A stretch of 63,089 nucleotides of DNA, the filler included, from Choristocarpus tenellus KU-1152 (taxonomy: Eukaryota > Protista > Phaeophyceae), in assembly GCA_964200185.2 (NCBI GenBank). It is 10 parts of 10 records of this genome, joined end to end, with 100 filler letters (N's around TTAATTAATTAA, not from the genome) between each part and the next. Parts side by side here need not be neighbours in the genome. Positions count along the whole stretch, not along the records: positions 33,462 to 39,956 come from CAXNAD020007998.1; positions 40,057 to 43,345 come from CAXNAD020021009.1; positions 43,446 to 46,086 come from CAXNAD020026038.1; positions 46,187 to 63,089 come from CAXNAD020000747.1; 6 more parts are not named here. The stretch is one strand, 5' to 3'. Position numbers and translations under genes: made by a program. Position 1 is the stretch's first letter. Each line of letters starts with the position of its first letter. Of this stretch, positions 37,934 to 49,700 are shown one piece after another. Below the pieces are notes generated by a model. It saw only the letters and a list, made by a program, of their open reading frames with translations, ran no database searches and had not been told where the DNA came from.

Positions 37934-38748
37934 GGGACGTTCAGTCAAGTCAAGATATCAGGAGTTGACAGTATACGTATCTTCAGGGGCTTCAATGTTT
38001 GTGCAGATATTATTTTTTCGCCTAAGGGACGGGGTTGGTAGAGGGTAGTAGGAAAAGGAGGCACATACTATTATGGGGAAGATGACTTTGAGATGAAAGG
38101 GAGAGTTCAACTACAGTTGTTAAATGGAATTAGGAAGAGAAAAAATGAACTAGAACAGAGGAGGTAATAAAGTGTACTATCAATATAGTGTAGGAGGGAT
38201 GAGTGCAGCACTGCCAAATGTCCTCCTGTACTTGGGTATTGAGTGTGTAGTTCTGTTCGCTTATGTCTGTGTTTCTTGTGTATGTGTGCATATCAGTGTT
38301 TGCATAGGCAGTGTCTTATCAAGTGCGCATTTGCACTGTTCAAGAATGTGGACGGAAGAGTAGGACCTTGTGAGTGCGCCAACAATAGATTTTGCACCAA
38401 GTCTAACGACCTCCAAACGTCCATTCTTTCATTTACAACAAGATATTACTAATAGTTATCCTAAGTGGCTTCTGTGCTACAAGTTGTTAGGGTGTTTGAC
38501 TTCACACATACATGATGGAGGTATTCGCTTGGTCTGGGTCTTAGAAGAGGTACTCAGAGTCCTTTCATCTCTCAGAGACGGGCAAATGCTTAAGCGTACA
38601 AGTCCGGGATGGCGGAAGTTGTTGTGCTAGTGATGTCTACCGCGGTAGTTTTAGTAATGACAATTGCTCTCCAAGTCTGTCTAGTATATAGTCTTGGCTG
38701 CGTAGGCCGTGTATCCATGCACGGTTGGATGCATGTGCCCTAAACAAA

Positions 38749-39005
38749 GAGCCAAAGTACCTTAGAGGGTAGAACCGTGTCCATTTGGGGACCAATATAC
38801 AATGTTGCGATTTTGATGTAATTGGGCTTTCGCGTATGTTAGGAAGGGTCAATATCTTTGTTTCGGATACACCTTTTCATAACACATACATTTTACCTAC
38901 TCCGAAACATTTTGGAGTAGGAAAATGTCACAAAAAAAACATGGAAAGCCAAGCCCCGAATGGACAAACAGGGCAGAATTCGTACCCTCTGAGATACTTT
39001 CACTC
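38749..39005 (+). mobile_element. MITE family A, TSD AAA (3 bp)
   Basis: gagccaaagtaccttagagggta ... taccctctgagatactttcactc. Confidence 0.93.
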
Positions 39006-39768
39006 AAACTTGTGAATGAGCTTCATGATGTGTTCTGAAGATATTAAATTAATAAACATGATATGATAGTGACACAGTTTCGTTCCATCATCCGGTCGTG
39101 CACACTTTTTCACAAAGCACATCGAAGGTCTACTTTTTTGTTGACGAAGAACCGCACACCTGGATGAGTTTGAGACCACAAACACATAAATACCCCAGAG
39201 CACATGTGGTACAAAGCCCAACAGTCTTCCCTGAGCTGGAAATATGACAGAAAGTCGAGTACATTCACGTCATGCTCACAATGCTTATCTCAGGTGGCAG
39301 GAACCCCCATTCCTGGGGACTTTTCGAAAGTACCGCAAAAAGGAGCATTTTTGAAAAAAAAATGTTCTAAGTAGGTGGTAGGGCTTTTCGAAAAGAGTTT
39401 AACGAAACTCAACTCCAAAAAGTAAATTTAACTGGGGACAAAAGGTGTTGCTTGAACCTGACGTTTTTGTTGGTTCTGAGAGTGTGTGCAGTGAAGAATA
39501 TATTAAACCTCCCCCAATTGGGTGATGTGTGGCTATTATTGTCTGTGTACATCAACATACACATATTGTCCTGCCTTTCCCATGTTGGGTCAGGTCGTTT
39601 GACTCTTCTACTTACCACATATACGGTGTTACAACACAAGCCACAACTTCTTCGACAGTCATTCCTGTAATTGGTACATAAAGAGGTCAAGCATACACTG
39701 CATTCAGATTGACTGATGATTAGTTGTTACTATAGATAAGACTATATCGATTAAATAGTTGAGGTGGT

Positions 39769-39947
39769 GACTCAAAGTACCTGGGAGGGGGTAGCGGCTG
39801 TCGATTTGGGGTCAATTTTTTTATGTCGCGATTTTGGGGTTATTTGGTTGCATATGTCTGATAGATACCGTAAATTCACTTTACCTTGTTTTTATCCAAA
39901 TGGACACCCTAGTGTAGACCCTCCCCCCCTCCCAGATACTTTGGGTC
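39769..39947 (+). mobile_element. MITE family B, TSD TGGT (4 bp)
   Basis: gactcaaagtacctggg ... cccagatactttgggtc; TGGT flanks both ends. Confidence 0.9.
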
Positions 39948-40333
39948 TGGTGTGTTNNNNNNNNNNNNNNNNNNNNNNNNNNNNNNNNNNNNNNNNNNNN
40001 TTAATTAATTAANNNNNNNNNNNNNNNNNNNNNNNNNNNNNNNNNNNNNNNNNNNNTACCCCTCGATTTCATTAACTCTCTCGTTCCTTCCTTAACTATT
40101 CATTCTCTTCTTCTTTCTTTTCTATCCAGCCAACCACAATTCTCCCGCCCACAAAACTCAGTTTACTTCATAAACTATCACTTCGTATCTTGGTTGGACC
40201 AGTAGCAACAGCTGGAGTTAACTATCCTAAGGTCTACACCCATACTATTATAGAATCACACTCACATGCCCATTCCTTCCACGAGATAACCACCAACGTA
40301 TCTGCGTACCTATATATTTGCAAGCACAGAAAC

Positions 40334-42520
40334 ATGTCGAGCGAGATTCCAATCGAGGAGCCAGTTATCCTGACCAATTTACCTCAGGTTGGATGCCTGA
40401 GACTAACCGTCCAAATATAACGAAGTCCGTTCTTCGAATCGATTAGATCACTTCAGTGTCCATCTTTATGACGACTCTTGAAGCACAACACAGAAGCCCA
40501 GTTGATGCGAGATTCGCTTCAGTATAGAATCAATGCACTGCCATATTGCTGGTCCAACACGCGATTGACGGGAGTCCCTGTTTTTTGGAAGGTTTCTCAC
40601 TTGGTACTATTCCCACCTTGTTCCCTCTGATCAACTTTGGCAAAGTATTCCGCTTTTTTTCCACGACATGCAGTCAGTATGATATCTGTTGTCTACAACG
40701 GTTTCACGTTATTTAGTCACATTGAATTTATTATCGTACTTTTCCACGCTCCCAGTGCAGTCTAACTCTATGTTACTATCCTTTCCCTCGACTCTCCCAT
40801 TTATGCTGTGCTTACCTTACATCAACATCCTGCTCAAGGGCCATGAGTATTTTGTAAATGGGAGGGGGGAGAACCTTCATCTCCGCACATATTTCCCAGA
40901 GAATGCTGAGGACATCAAAGCCTTGGTGGTGTTTATCCATGGGTGCGATGGTTTGTCTGCCAAACAAAGATATCTGGACTTGAATGTTGCCATGATAGAC
41001 CGTTTTCTATACTTGTGTTCTCTGAAGAAGAGGTAAAGGTCTGGGATACGTACAGGCTAATTTTCTCGTGCATCCCCCACAAACCACCGCCATACCACTG
41101 CACTAGTGAAGGTTGATTAGTTCTAAGTTTTTGTCTCCAACTCCCAGGTTTGGAGGTCACTGCAACAACCGAGGCAAGGTCAAGCTTGGCAATGCGATGC
41201 CTTCGAAGGGGTTGGCCATGGTTCAGCTGGACATTGTGGGACACGGTTACTCTGATGGAGATAGAGCTTATGTGGATCACTACTCTCACTGGATAGATGA
41301 CTACTTACAGGTGGCGAGCAAATGGAGGCAATATTCCACACCATTGTTATGTCCCAAAAGTCCCCCCTCACTTGCGCGTGGGAGGGAGTAACCGTCATTA
41401 CTGCTTGCCGTTTCTTTAGAGTGAAGCTTATTATTTCACGTTTATTTCGTTGTATAGTGGCAGTTACTGAGAGCAATTGTGTGTGTGTGTGCGCGCGCGC
41501 ATGCTGGTGTAAACTCATCCATGTAATGAATACTCCGACAGTCAAGAGCTCAAACCAATTGCCCTTACTAGAAGGGTTATGCATGCAAACAAACCCAAAC
41601 CAATACCGTTTCAAACAAGGAATCTCAGAGAAGTGAGAGAAGGTCACAGGGGGAAGGGATAGACTTCATCCTTGTCAGTTACGAGCTGTGGATGCTGTGT
41701 TGGTTGCACAAGCAACAACATTTGCAGTGATCAAGTAGAAGACCTGAATGGTTGTCCTTTATTGCCAACATGTTCTGCAGGTCTTCTACTGCAGCCTTCG
41801 TCTTCTTCTAAATAGTTCAAGTTCCACTGATGCACTTCTCACCCGTTTGGTTATTTGTTTGTGTATGTAGTGGATCGCTTGGTGGCGACACAACTGTACA
41901 CTTGGTAAAAAGTAAAAAAAAAACAGACTGGGCTGAATCGTTTGTTGGGGCCAATAAATATAAAATCACCGATGTGTGTGTGTGTCACCACAAAATTACT
42001 AGGTAGGTTGGTTGGCAGGTGCTGGAACCTGCACCCTCGTTGTCCAGTTGCTTGCACAAGGCGGTTTGACTTTGACTTTGGTTTTGGTTGATGATCACCC
42101 TGATGCCAATGCTCAACATCCTAGCTCGCTTCGATTGCACTCCACCTAAAGTAACATCACTGTATACAGCAGTACTCATAGTAGTATGTGTTTTTTAAAA
42201 ATTCACGGGACCTGACGTGTAAAAAAAAGCATCTGGAGCTCTTACGAAAATTCATTTGAAATATATATTTTTTGTTTTGTTTCTATTGCAATACAGTTTA
42301 TTTTTATTTTAATAGTAACAGTAATATATCGTACGTTCGTTATTTTTTTTTCCCCGTGAAAAGACTATTGCGCCCTCCTTTTGTCCCTGCCCACTACTCT
42401 GTGCTGCTTGTCCCTTCTTTCGGACTATAGCTCCTTGACATTGTTGGAGGGGGGGGACTCTCCGAGGGCTCCAAGGGGAACTTCAACGTATCCCCTGCTC
42501 AATTTGAGCGCCTCAAACAG
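40334..42520 (+). CDS. Alpha/beta hydrolase, monoglyceride lipase/lysophospholipase-like, 5' part (exons 40334-40387, 40839-40942, 41148-41310, 42431-42520)
   Basis: FVNGRGENLHLRTYFP..IKALVVFIHG|FGGH...LDIVGHGYSDGDRAYVDHYSHWIDDYLQ; phases consistent. The GxSxG exon is not in this contig. Confidence 0.88.
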
Positions 42521-45069
42521 GTGAGGCAAGGGCGGGAAGGATTTTTTGTTTTGTTTAGTTTTGTGCTGTGCCTCTTATCAACAGGACAAAATATTAATAC
42601 GTGGAACCAGCAAACAGGAAGGCGTTTCTGTCCCTCCCCATACAGCAGTATTCGTAGCAATGTTGCACGATTCGGAGTGATGCTGATACATTGCTAGGAA
42701 CACCCATCAGAAGTCAAAGCTATCCACAAAACGCCTGTGTTGCATAGGGGTGGTGCTGATGCTAGACCCCTGAAACAAGAGGGCATGGCTGCAATCACCT
42801 CTTTTTGTGGATCAAGATGTAGTGTTTTCTGGAGGCACTATGCCTAATATTTTCCTTGGTTCCAAGGGGGGTGTTGCCAGTAGTGTCGTACTAGTATATA
42901 TATATATATATATATATTATTGATACGCTGAGTGGGCATCTCCCAACTTTTGATCTTTCATGCTGCAGAGTGCTGTTTGTGCTGTGCCTTCTAGGACTCC
43001 ACACACACACTACTTTTTGTACAAATATTTTTCTCAAGGTTGTGAATATAAGTTTTCTTTTCTTTTCTTTTTTCTTTTTTTCAATCCATGCAATATACTT
43101 CCAAGCACCGAAGTATGTATGTACTCTTGTGCTATTGGTATAAGTAACGCCATGGTTCGTGCCAATTTGTGATGATTGTGTTGGAGCAGTCGAGGTGTGA
43201 GTGAGCCACGTGTGAGAGTTTGGTGTATTGACAGAGTGAAAGCTGGAGAAGTAGCTGTCTTCGATGTAAATATGCCACATACCTTTTTTATTCATCTCTA
43301 GGTAGAGAGGGCATTGGGGGGGGGGGGGGGGACGTTCCCGGTTTGNNNNNNNNNNNNNNNNNNNNNNNNNNNNNNNNNNNNNNNNNNNNTTAATTAATTA
43401 ANNNNNNNNNNNNNNNNNNNNNNNNNNNNNNNNNNNNNNNNNNNNCCCCTCACAAACCACCCCCCCCCCCTAAGATACTTTGATCCTGGAGAGGAAAGTA
43501 CGCATAGAAACTGTATTCTGACGCTAGTTCTTATGAGAACGTAGTGAGTTGGGTTTCAACAATAAATTTTGGTGGTACTTTCAACCCAAGGTTTCCACAT
43601 TCTTTAGTTGGCCTCTACAAATTACTTAACATCTCCTCAGTCTGCCTTTCATTTGTTGGTCAGTAGTACCAGTGATCAAGTATGCGCAGTTAGTCACCCC
43701 AGCATCCACACACTTAGATCAAAGTCTGTCCCTCTGTCTTTGTCTGAGATAACAGCTCGGAAATGCTGGCAAGAGGGTGGTAGAACTTGAGGGACATACC
43801 AGGGGGGGAATATTCGGAAGGCCAGCAACTGTACCAGGCAGGGTTCCATGGACTGTGGAGCAGGAAACATCAAAAAGCTTTGCTGATGGTGAAGACTTGA
43901 TGCGAAAGACAAGAGATGACTCCATCGACAGTGGGGTAAGCAACTTCGCAGATAACAAAGGGGGGGTGGAGTGGATAGTGCCATGGATGTTCTTTGTTTT
44001 AGTGTAAGGTTCGGTGAGACCCAGAGTTTCAGAACCTGTGCATGGACTTGAATCACAGTTGAGTCACCAAATCTCACAGCAGTGAATCAGCCTGCTTGTT
44101 TGCCTCAAGAAAGTCGAGTTGGTAGACCTTGTTTTCGCACTTCCAAGGCCGAGTTTGCCAAATTGAAGCACTTTCAACATACTTCTCAATGAAGTGTTTT
44201 TATCAATTGATAGCACTTTGGTGTTCCTGTCCTAATAAATATTACCTTCAACCTTGCCGTCAATACTGATGCAACTGTTGTTGTTGTTGATAGTATAATG
44301 CTCTGGAGTTAGGGCCAGGGTAGCTCCAAGATAGCCTTGGACACACCAATCATTTTGTCGAGTTTACCTAGTGAACAAACAAGATTATTTGTGGAATAAT
44401 AGTTGAAATAGCTATCCTACCACGCCCCTTTCTATGTTCTCGGAAACTCAAAATTATTTTGTAATATCTCCATTACCAGCAATTTATCCCTTCAACAGGA
44501 ACAAAGGAATGACAGAATAATGATACTTGTTAACTAAACTCCAGGGAGAAAACGATACCCAATCCAACCAGGAATTCCAAGTGAAGGATCATACATATGC
44601 ACTGCGTTATTATTTTCTTTTTGAGATATGCTCTTGCAAGTAGAGCTCTTTGATAGTTAAGGTTGACTTAAAACAGCAAATTTGTCTGTATTTTTTTTTG
44701 CTCTATGAGAAATTCCAGATACTGTCTCAAACTGGCCCTGAAGACGGCGCACTATCAATAGTAAAATACTAGCAGCACTATCTGTCACCTTAACAATGTA
44801 AACGCCTATTGGTGTACAGTGTTTATCATATATGAGCTCAAGAACCATCTCCATCGTTTCCATCTAACAATAAAGGGTGGAGAAATCTCAGATCAATCTC
44901 TGGCCACTGTAACCTTCAACATTAGTACAGGAAAAGAGAGCGGGGATCCTGTCTCGGCAGGATGTCGTTTACCTGTAAGAACAAAACGGGTGTGGACAAA
45001 GTATTAAAAATTGGGTGCATCCTGTGCCTCTATACAAGAACCACAGAGATTTAGCACACTAACGTTGAA

Positions 45070-45332
45070 GAGTCAAAGTAAATGAGAGGTAACCTAGTTG
45101 CGTTTTAAGGATGTCAACAAACATGCAAAAAAATCAGCATTTTAAAAAATGTGTATGTATAATATTTTCCGAATCATGTCTGAAAAGCTTCGACAATAGA
45201 CAAATAAAAGTTCTCAAGTCAAACTTAGAACCTCATCTACAAAAATATGGGTGAAATTGTAAAAAAAAAATGCAAAACAGGATTAAAATGCAAAACGTTC
45301 AAAACCCGGGTACCTCTTGTTTACCTTGACTC
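45070..45332 (+). mobile_element. MITE family D (AT-rich, ~260 bp)
   Basis: TIRs gagtcaaagtaaatgagaggtaacc / gggtacctcttgtttaccttgactc; flanks GAA/AAA; second copy at 52527-52784. Confidence 0.8.
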
Positions 45333-46219
45333 AAACGTGACTCTGTTTTTGATTGTCTTTTCCAGTCACAACCTAAATCAATTTTAAAACGATCTCAAAG
45401 TAGCTGGTCCATGTTGTCATAACAAATTACTTCCCTTATCACAGCAACTTGAAGTGTTGTCAATCAAGTAGGAAACAATTGTGCATGAAACAGCTGCTAT
45501 CTTTGGAGATTCGCCCAATCTTGGTAATTCGAAGTGCAAACTTTGCCCATCATTTCAAGAGTACATCATATCTCCAAGCCAAGCCTAGCAAAAGTTCTCA
45601 CTCCCAATACCAAAACCCCTACATTAACATTTCCAAATATTGCCTGCCTGTGGCGTTACATTGGTCACTACCCACTGTGTAGGTTGCCCAAAGCGGACAA
45701 ACTGTTGACCGTCCATTCTTAAGTACATCCAAGGTGGTTGTGCCAAAGGTCAAGACGTCTAACTACCCAGAGTGCATGGCAAGGTAGGAGCAACGAGATG
45801 CCAACGACTTTGCTTTACTCCCCACAAAAGCAGGAGCTATGGTTTGACAATGGGATGGGAAACTTCTATGGTTCATTATGACCTAGAACAATTGTGTCTC
45901 ACCCATCTTCAGATGTTGGAGTGAGTACGGTAAGCGTTGTTAACTATTCTATCTAGTGCTGCGTTTGCCATAACTGGGTCAAAAAATATTTCTGACCAGT
46001 TTTCAATTTTCCTATTACTTGTTATTATCAAGCTGGAGTTAATATGCATTGCAGCTATCAGATCATATAAATCTGAAGATTGCTCANNNNNNNNNNNNNN
46101 NNNNNNNNNNNNNNNNNNNNNNNNNNNNNNTTAATTAATTAANNNNNNNNNNNNNNNNNNNNNNNNNNNNNNNNNNNNNNNNNNNNGAACAAATCCGGGT
46201 GTTGTGGCATGTTTACCAT

Positions 46220-46406
46220 CCCCCAGGGTGTTTGGGGGGGGGGAAGGGTGGGGTGTCTACACCATGGTGTCCATTTGGATCGAAACTAGAAAGCGTGCAC
46301 TTTTATTATCCATCCGATGAATGTAACCAAATCACCCAAAAATCTCGATATGAAAAAATCGGCCCCAAATGGACAGCCGCCACTCCCCCCCCAGATACTT
46401 TAAGCC
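46220..46406 (-). mobile_element. MITE family B, degenerate left end
   Basis: gtctacaccatggtgtccatttgg...ccccaaatggacagcc..ccagatactttaagcc. Confidence 0.85.
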
Positions 46407-46720
46407 CAAAGGAAATCCAATAACCGATTCCTCTCCTGGCCCCCTAAAAGACAACATTGTACCTGTAGTCAGAAATGAAAAATCGCCCCTGCATTCCAAA
46501 CGCAGAGAAACAGACGACCTAGGAGTCTTGTACATGTGTCTAAAACAGCAGAGCTCTAGGTCACAAATGTTTCACAGTACTTTCCATAGGCATATTTTCC
46601 ACTGCACGCATACAAGCCTCACTTGCCGACATCTTTGAGCATTCTCCTTCAAGATTGTGCAGGTTTCTCTGACCCTTGAACCCCAACCCCGAAGGTTCTA
46701 ACTATAATCCTCACCTCCCA

Positions 46721-49700
46721 CCTCCCTTCGGCTATCTCCTTCCAGATTGTGTAGGTTGCTCTGGTCCTGAAGCTGAGGTCCGTGTCCTGAACAAGCACAT
46801 CTGCCGACAAAGATTCTAGATCAACCGCCTACAGTTGGGATGGTCACAGGGGTGTCACTGGTTTGCCGTTGTCCATAAGGAAAGGGTCTTGGGGAGTGGG
46901 GGGGGGTCCGAATCCCTTGCACTGACCTATGTATGTGGTCCTCTCCGAAGCTGTTCACTTATCAACAGAATTATAGAGTAGTTCTTTGAGACATGGAGAA
47001 ATGCATTGCTTTCCTACAAATGAGGTAAGGAAGGGAGTGCGAGCGAGGAACCTTTGCAGGCAATAGAGTTCATAAATTATAATGGCAGAGAACAATTTAC
47101 CCACTTCCTTGGTCCAATTGCCCTTTCTCTTCCTTCCCCACCCCCCGCCCAAGATTCATGCATATATGGCCACAATGCCAATGTCCTCTTGCATACGCCA
47201 CTTGGATTACAGCTAGCTCCACTTCTATGATAGCACTAATCTGCATCTCTGCATCCATAATCAATGCCTATCCAGGCTCCTAGGCAGTTCCCTCTCTAGC
47301 TCACCTTTCCTTCGTCTTGTGGGCATGTCCTGTTGAATTCTATGAGACACACACCCTTTTGCCAAGCATTCCCAGTAGTGTGCCAATCGCCATCTTGCAT
47401 GTACCCCCTGTCTGTATATATGAAAAAGTTTCCCTTAGAATCTGTCAGCTCCAACCTAGAGAGTGGTGAAGGTGGGGGGTGGTTGAGCTGAAGGTAGAAC
47501 TGGGGACAAGGGGTGTGTGGATGGAAATTTTGGATAATTCCTTGTGGTACTTGTTCATCTTTTAAAAACTTGATGCTACACTCAATCACACCTAATACAA
47601 AAAAATCAATGCCTTTGATTAGTGTTATTACCGCAATTGAGCCTTACAGGATGTCAGGCATCCACTGTTGGCTCACCCCCCCCCCTTCCTGCCACCCTAT
47701 GCCAATATCTTCCTTTGGCACATTTTCTCCTGTGGTTGAGGGTACTCACTCCTCACTCTTGTTGTGTACAGGTGGCCAACGCATCCATTCCCAATGGGTG
47801 TAGATGTTGTTATCCTTCTCTACCTTTGTTCGGGGCACACACCATGGAGGTGGGATTTGGTTTGAATCCAGGTTGGTATGGTGGAGTTGTGTGAGCCAAA
47901 GTATCTTAGAGGATAGAGCCGCGTCCATTTGGCGTCCAAAATCCTTTGTTGCGATTTTGATGTAATTTTGGCTATCATGTTTGTTAGGAAGTGTCAATAT
48001 CCTTGTTCCAGACACACCTTTTCATATTATATACATTCTACCTACTCCAAAACATTTTGGAGTAGGAAAATGTCATAAAAAGAGACCATGGGAAGACAAG
48101 CCCCAAATGGACAAACATGGGAAAATTCGTACCCTCTAAGATACTTTCACTCTGTTGGACATCAAGGAGGACATTGAAGCTAGAGTGGAGTGTCGAGTGA
48201 ATGGGATAGGTTGATAATATATTGTTTGAGGGATTGTCTAATATGGTTTGCGATGCACATTCCATCTTACCCTGTGTGAGAGTTGGGTCTCTTTTGGAAC
48301 GACCACAATCAATATGTTTCATGTTCTTGGCAAAGGAGACATTTTCGATTAATACAATGCGAGGGTGTAGAGCATTCATACTTTGAGGGCGAAGACCCAA
48401 AGTATCTGGTGGGGAGGGGGGATCTAGAGCAGAGTATCCGTTTGGATCAAAATCAGGAAAAGCGCACTTTAATTATCCATCCAATGGATGGAACCAAATC
48501 ACCCAAAAATCGCGATATGAAAAATTGGTCCCAAATGGATAGCCGCCACCCCCCCGAGATACTTTGAGCCAGGGTCAAAAAAGGACGCCGGCACCCCCCC
48601 CCCCCCAGATACTTTGACCCTGAAGACAAGGCAGACCAGGGGGGGCAGTAGGGAAACACGGAAATAAAAGGATAGTGAATATCTATTTCTTCAAACTTTC
48701 ACATGAAGAGGAGGGGGTATGTTTGGCCCTCTTCATCTTTCCCTCCAACTCTCCGACATAGTCCAAACCATTTCGATGCACTGCTCATTTGGTTCAATAC
48801 ATTATAATGGCTTCCGCTCCCATTGCTTCCAAGCTTCAGTCGACCATTATTACTCCCATTGTCTCCGTCCTTGCCTTGGTATCCATGTATCTTGACCAAT
48901 AATTGGGGTGGTTGAGGACAGTAAACTCGTTCTCCCACTTGGTGTAGCTTCTGATGGAACAATAGTACCCTCCCTGCTGGCCAGTCAAGGTCAAGTACCT
49001 CCACAGGTCAAAATTCAAACATGTTGGGTGGAACAAAGGAGGATAGGGATTGGTGAGAGGGTATGAGAATATGTGACTAGGGATGGAAGCAAACATGGGG
49101 ATAAAATAACCATTAGGTGATTGCATAGGATGTGAATATGGTGTTGGAGGTCACAGATCGTTCAGATGGGGGCAGAAGGATTGTGTGGGTTCTTGCCGGC
49201 AGAGATAGACAGTACATAGAGGTAAACTTGGAGTTTGGGGATGCTGCTGAATGCGTAGAAGTAGACCAGAGTAGACAAGAGTACAAAACGTGTTGAGGGT
49301 TGATCACAATTTGACCTCAGGTACATTAGTTTGGGTGTTATTATTTCCGCCTCCTGGATCTCAGAACTGCAGTGTAACAGAGTGTGCAGCTTCCAGCATT
49401 CCTTGCACCTTAGGTGTTGATAATTCAAGTTAGATCTTAGAACTGGAGTATAACAGTGGGTTCAATCTCCACCATAATATACTTTTGAAGATTTGATAAT
49501 AGACTCTCTCCACTGAGCAGACTACAAAAAGTTCTTAGACCTCCAGCTCATCTTTCTGGGCCTCATCATACCTACCTGTTGTTGCCCTCGGTCTTGTTGT
49601 ACCACCTCACAAAAGTCTCATTGACATACTCCTCCCACATCTCAGTGTGGTTGGGGTTGGAGTAAGGCCAATTCAAGGGCTGTGTGGTGTTGCCCATGAA

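Noticed and set aside
4502-46186. Regularly recurring TTAATTAATTAA within N-runs as a biological repeat, or gene neighbourhoods spanning them
   Set aside because: It is an assembly linker; the contigs on either side need not be adjacent.
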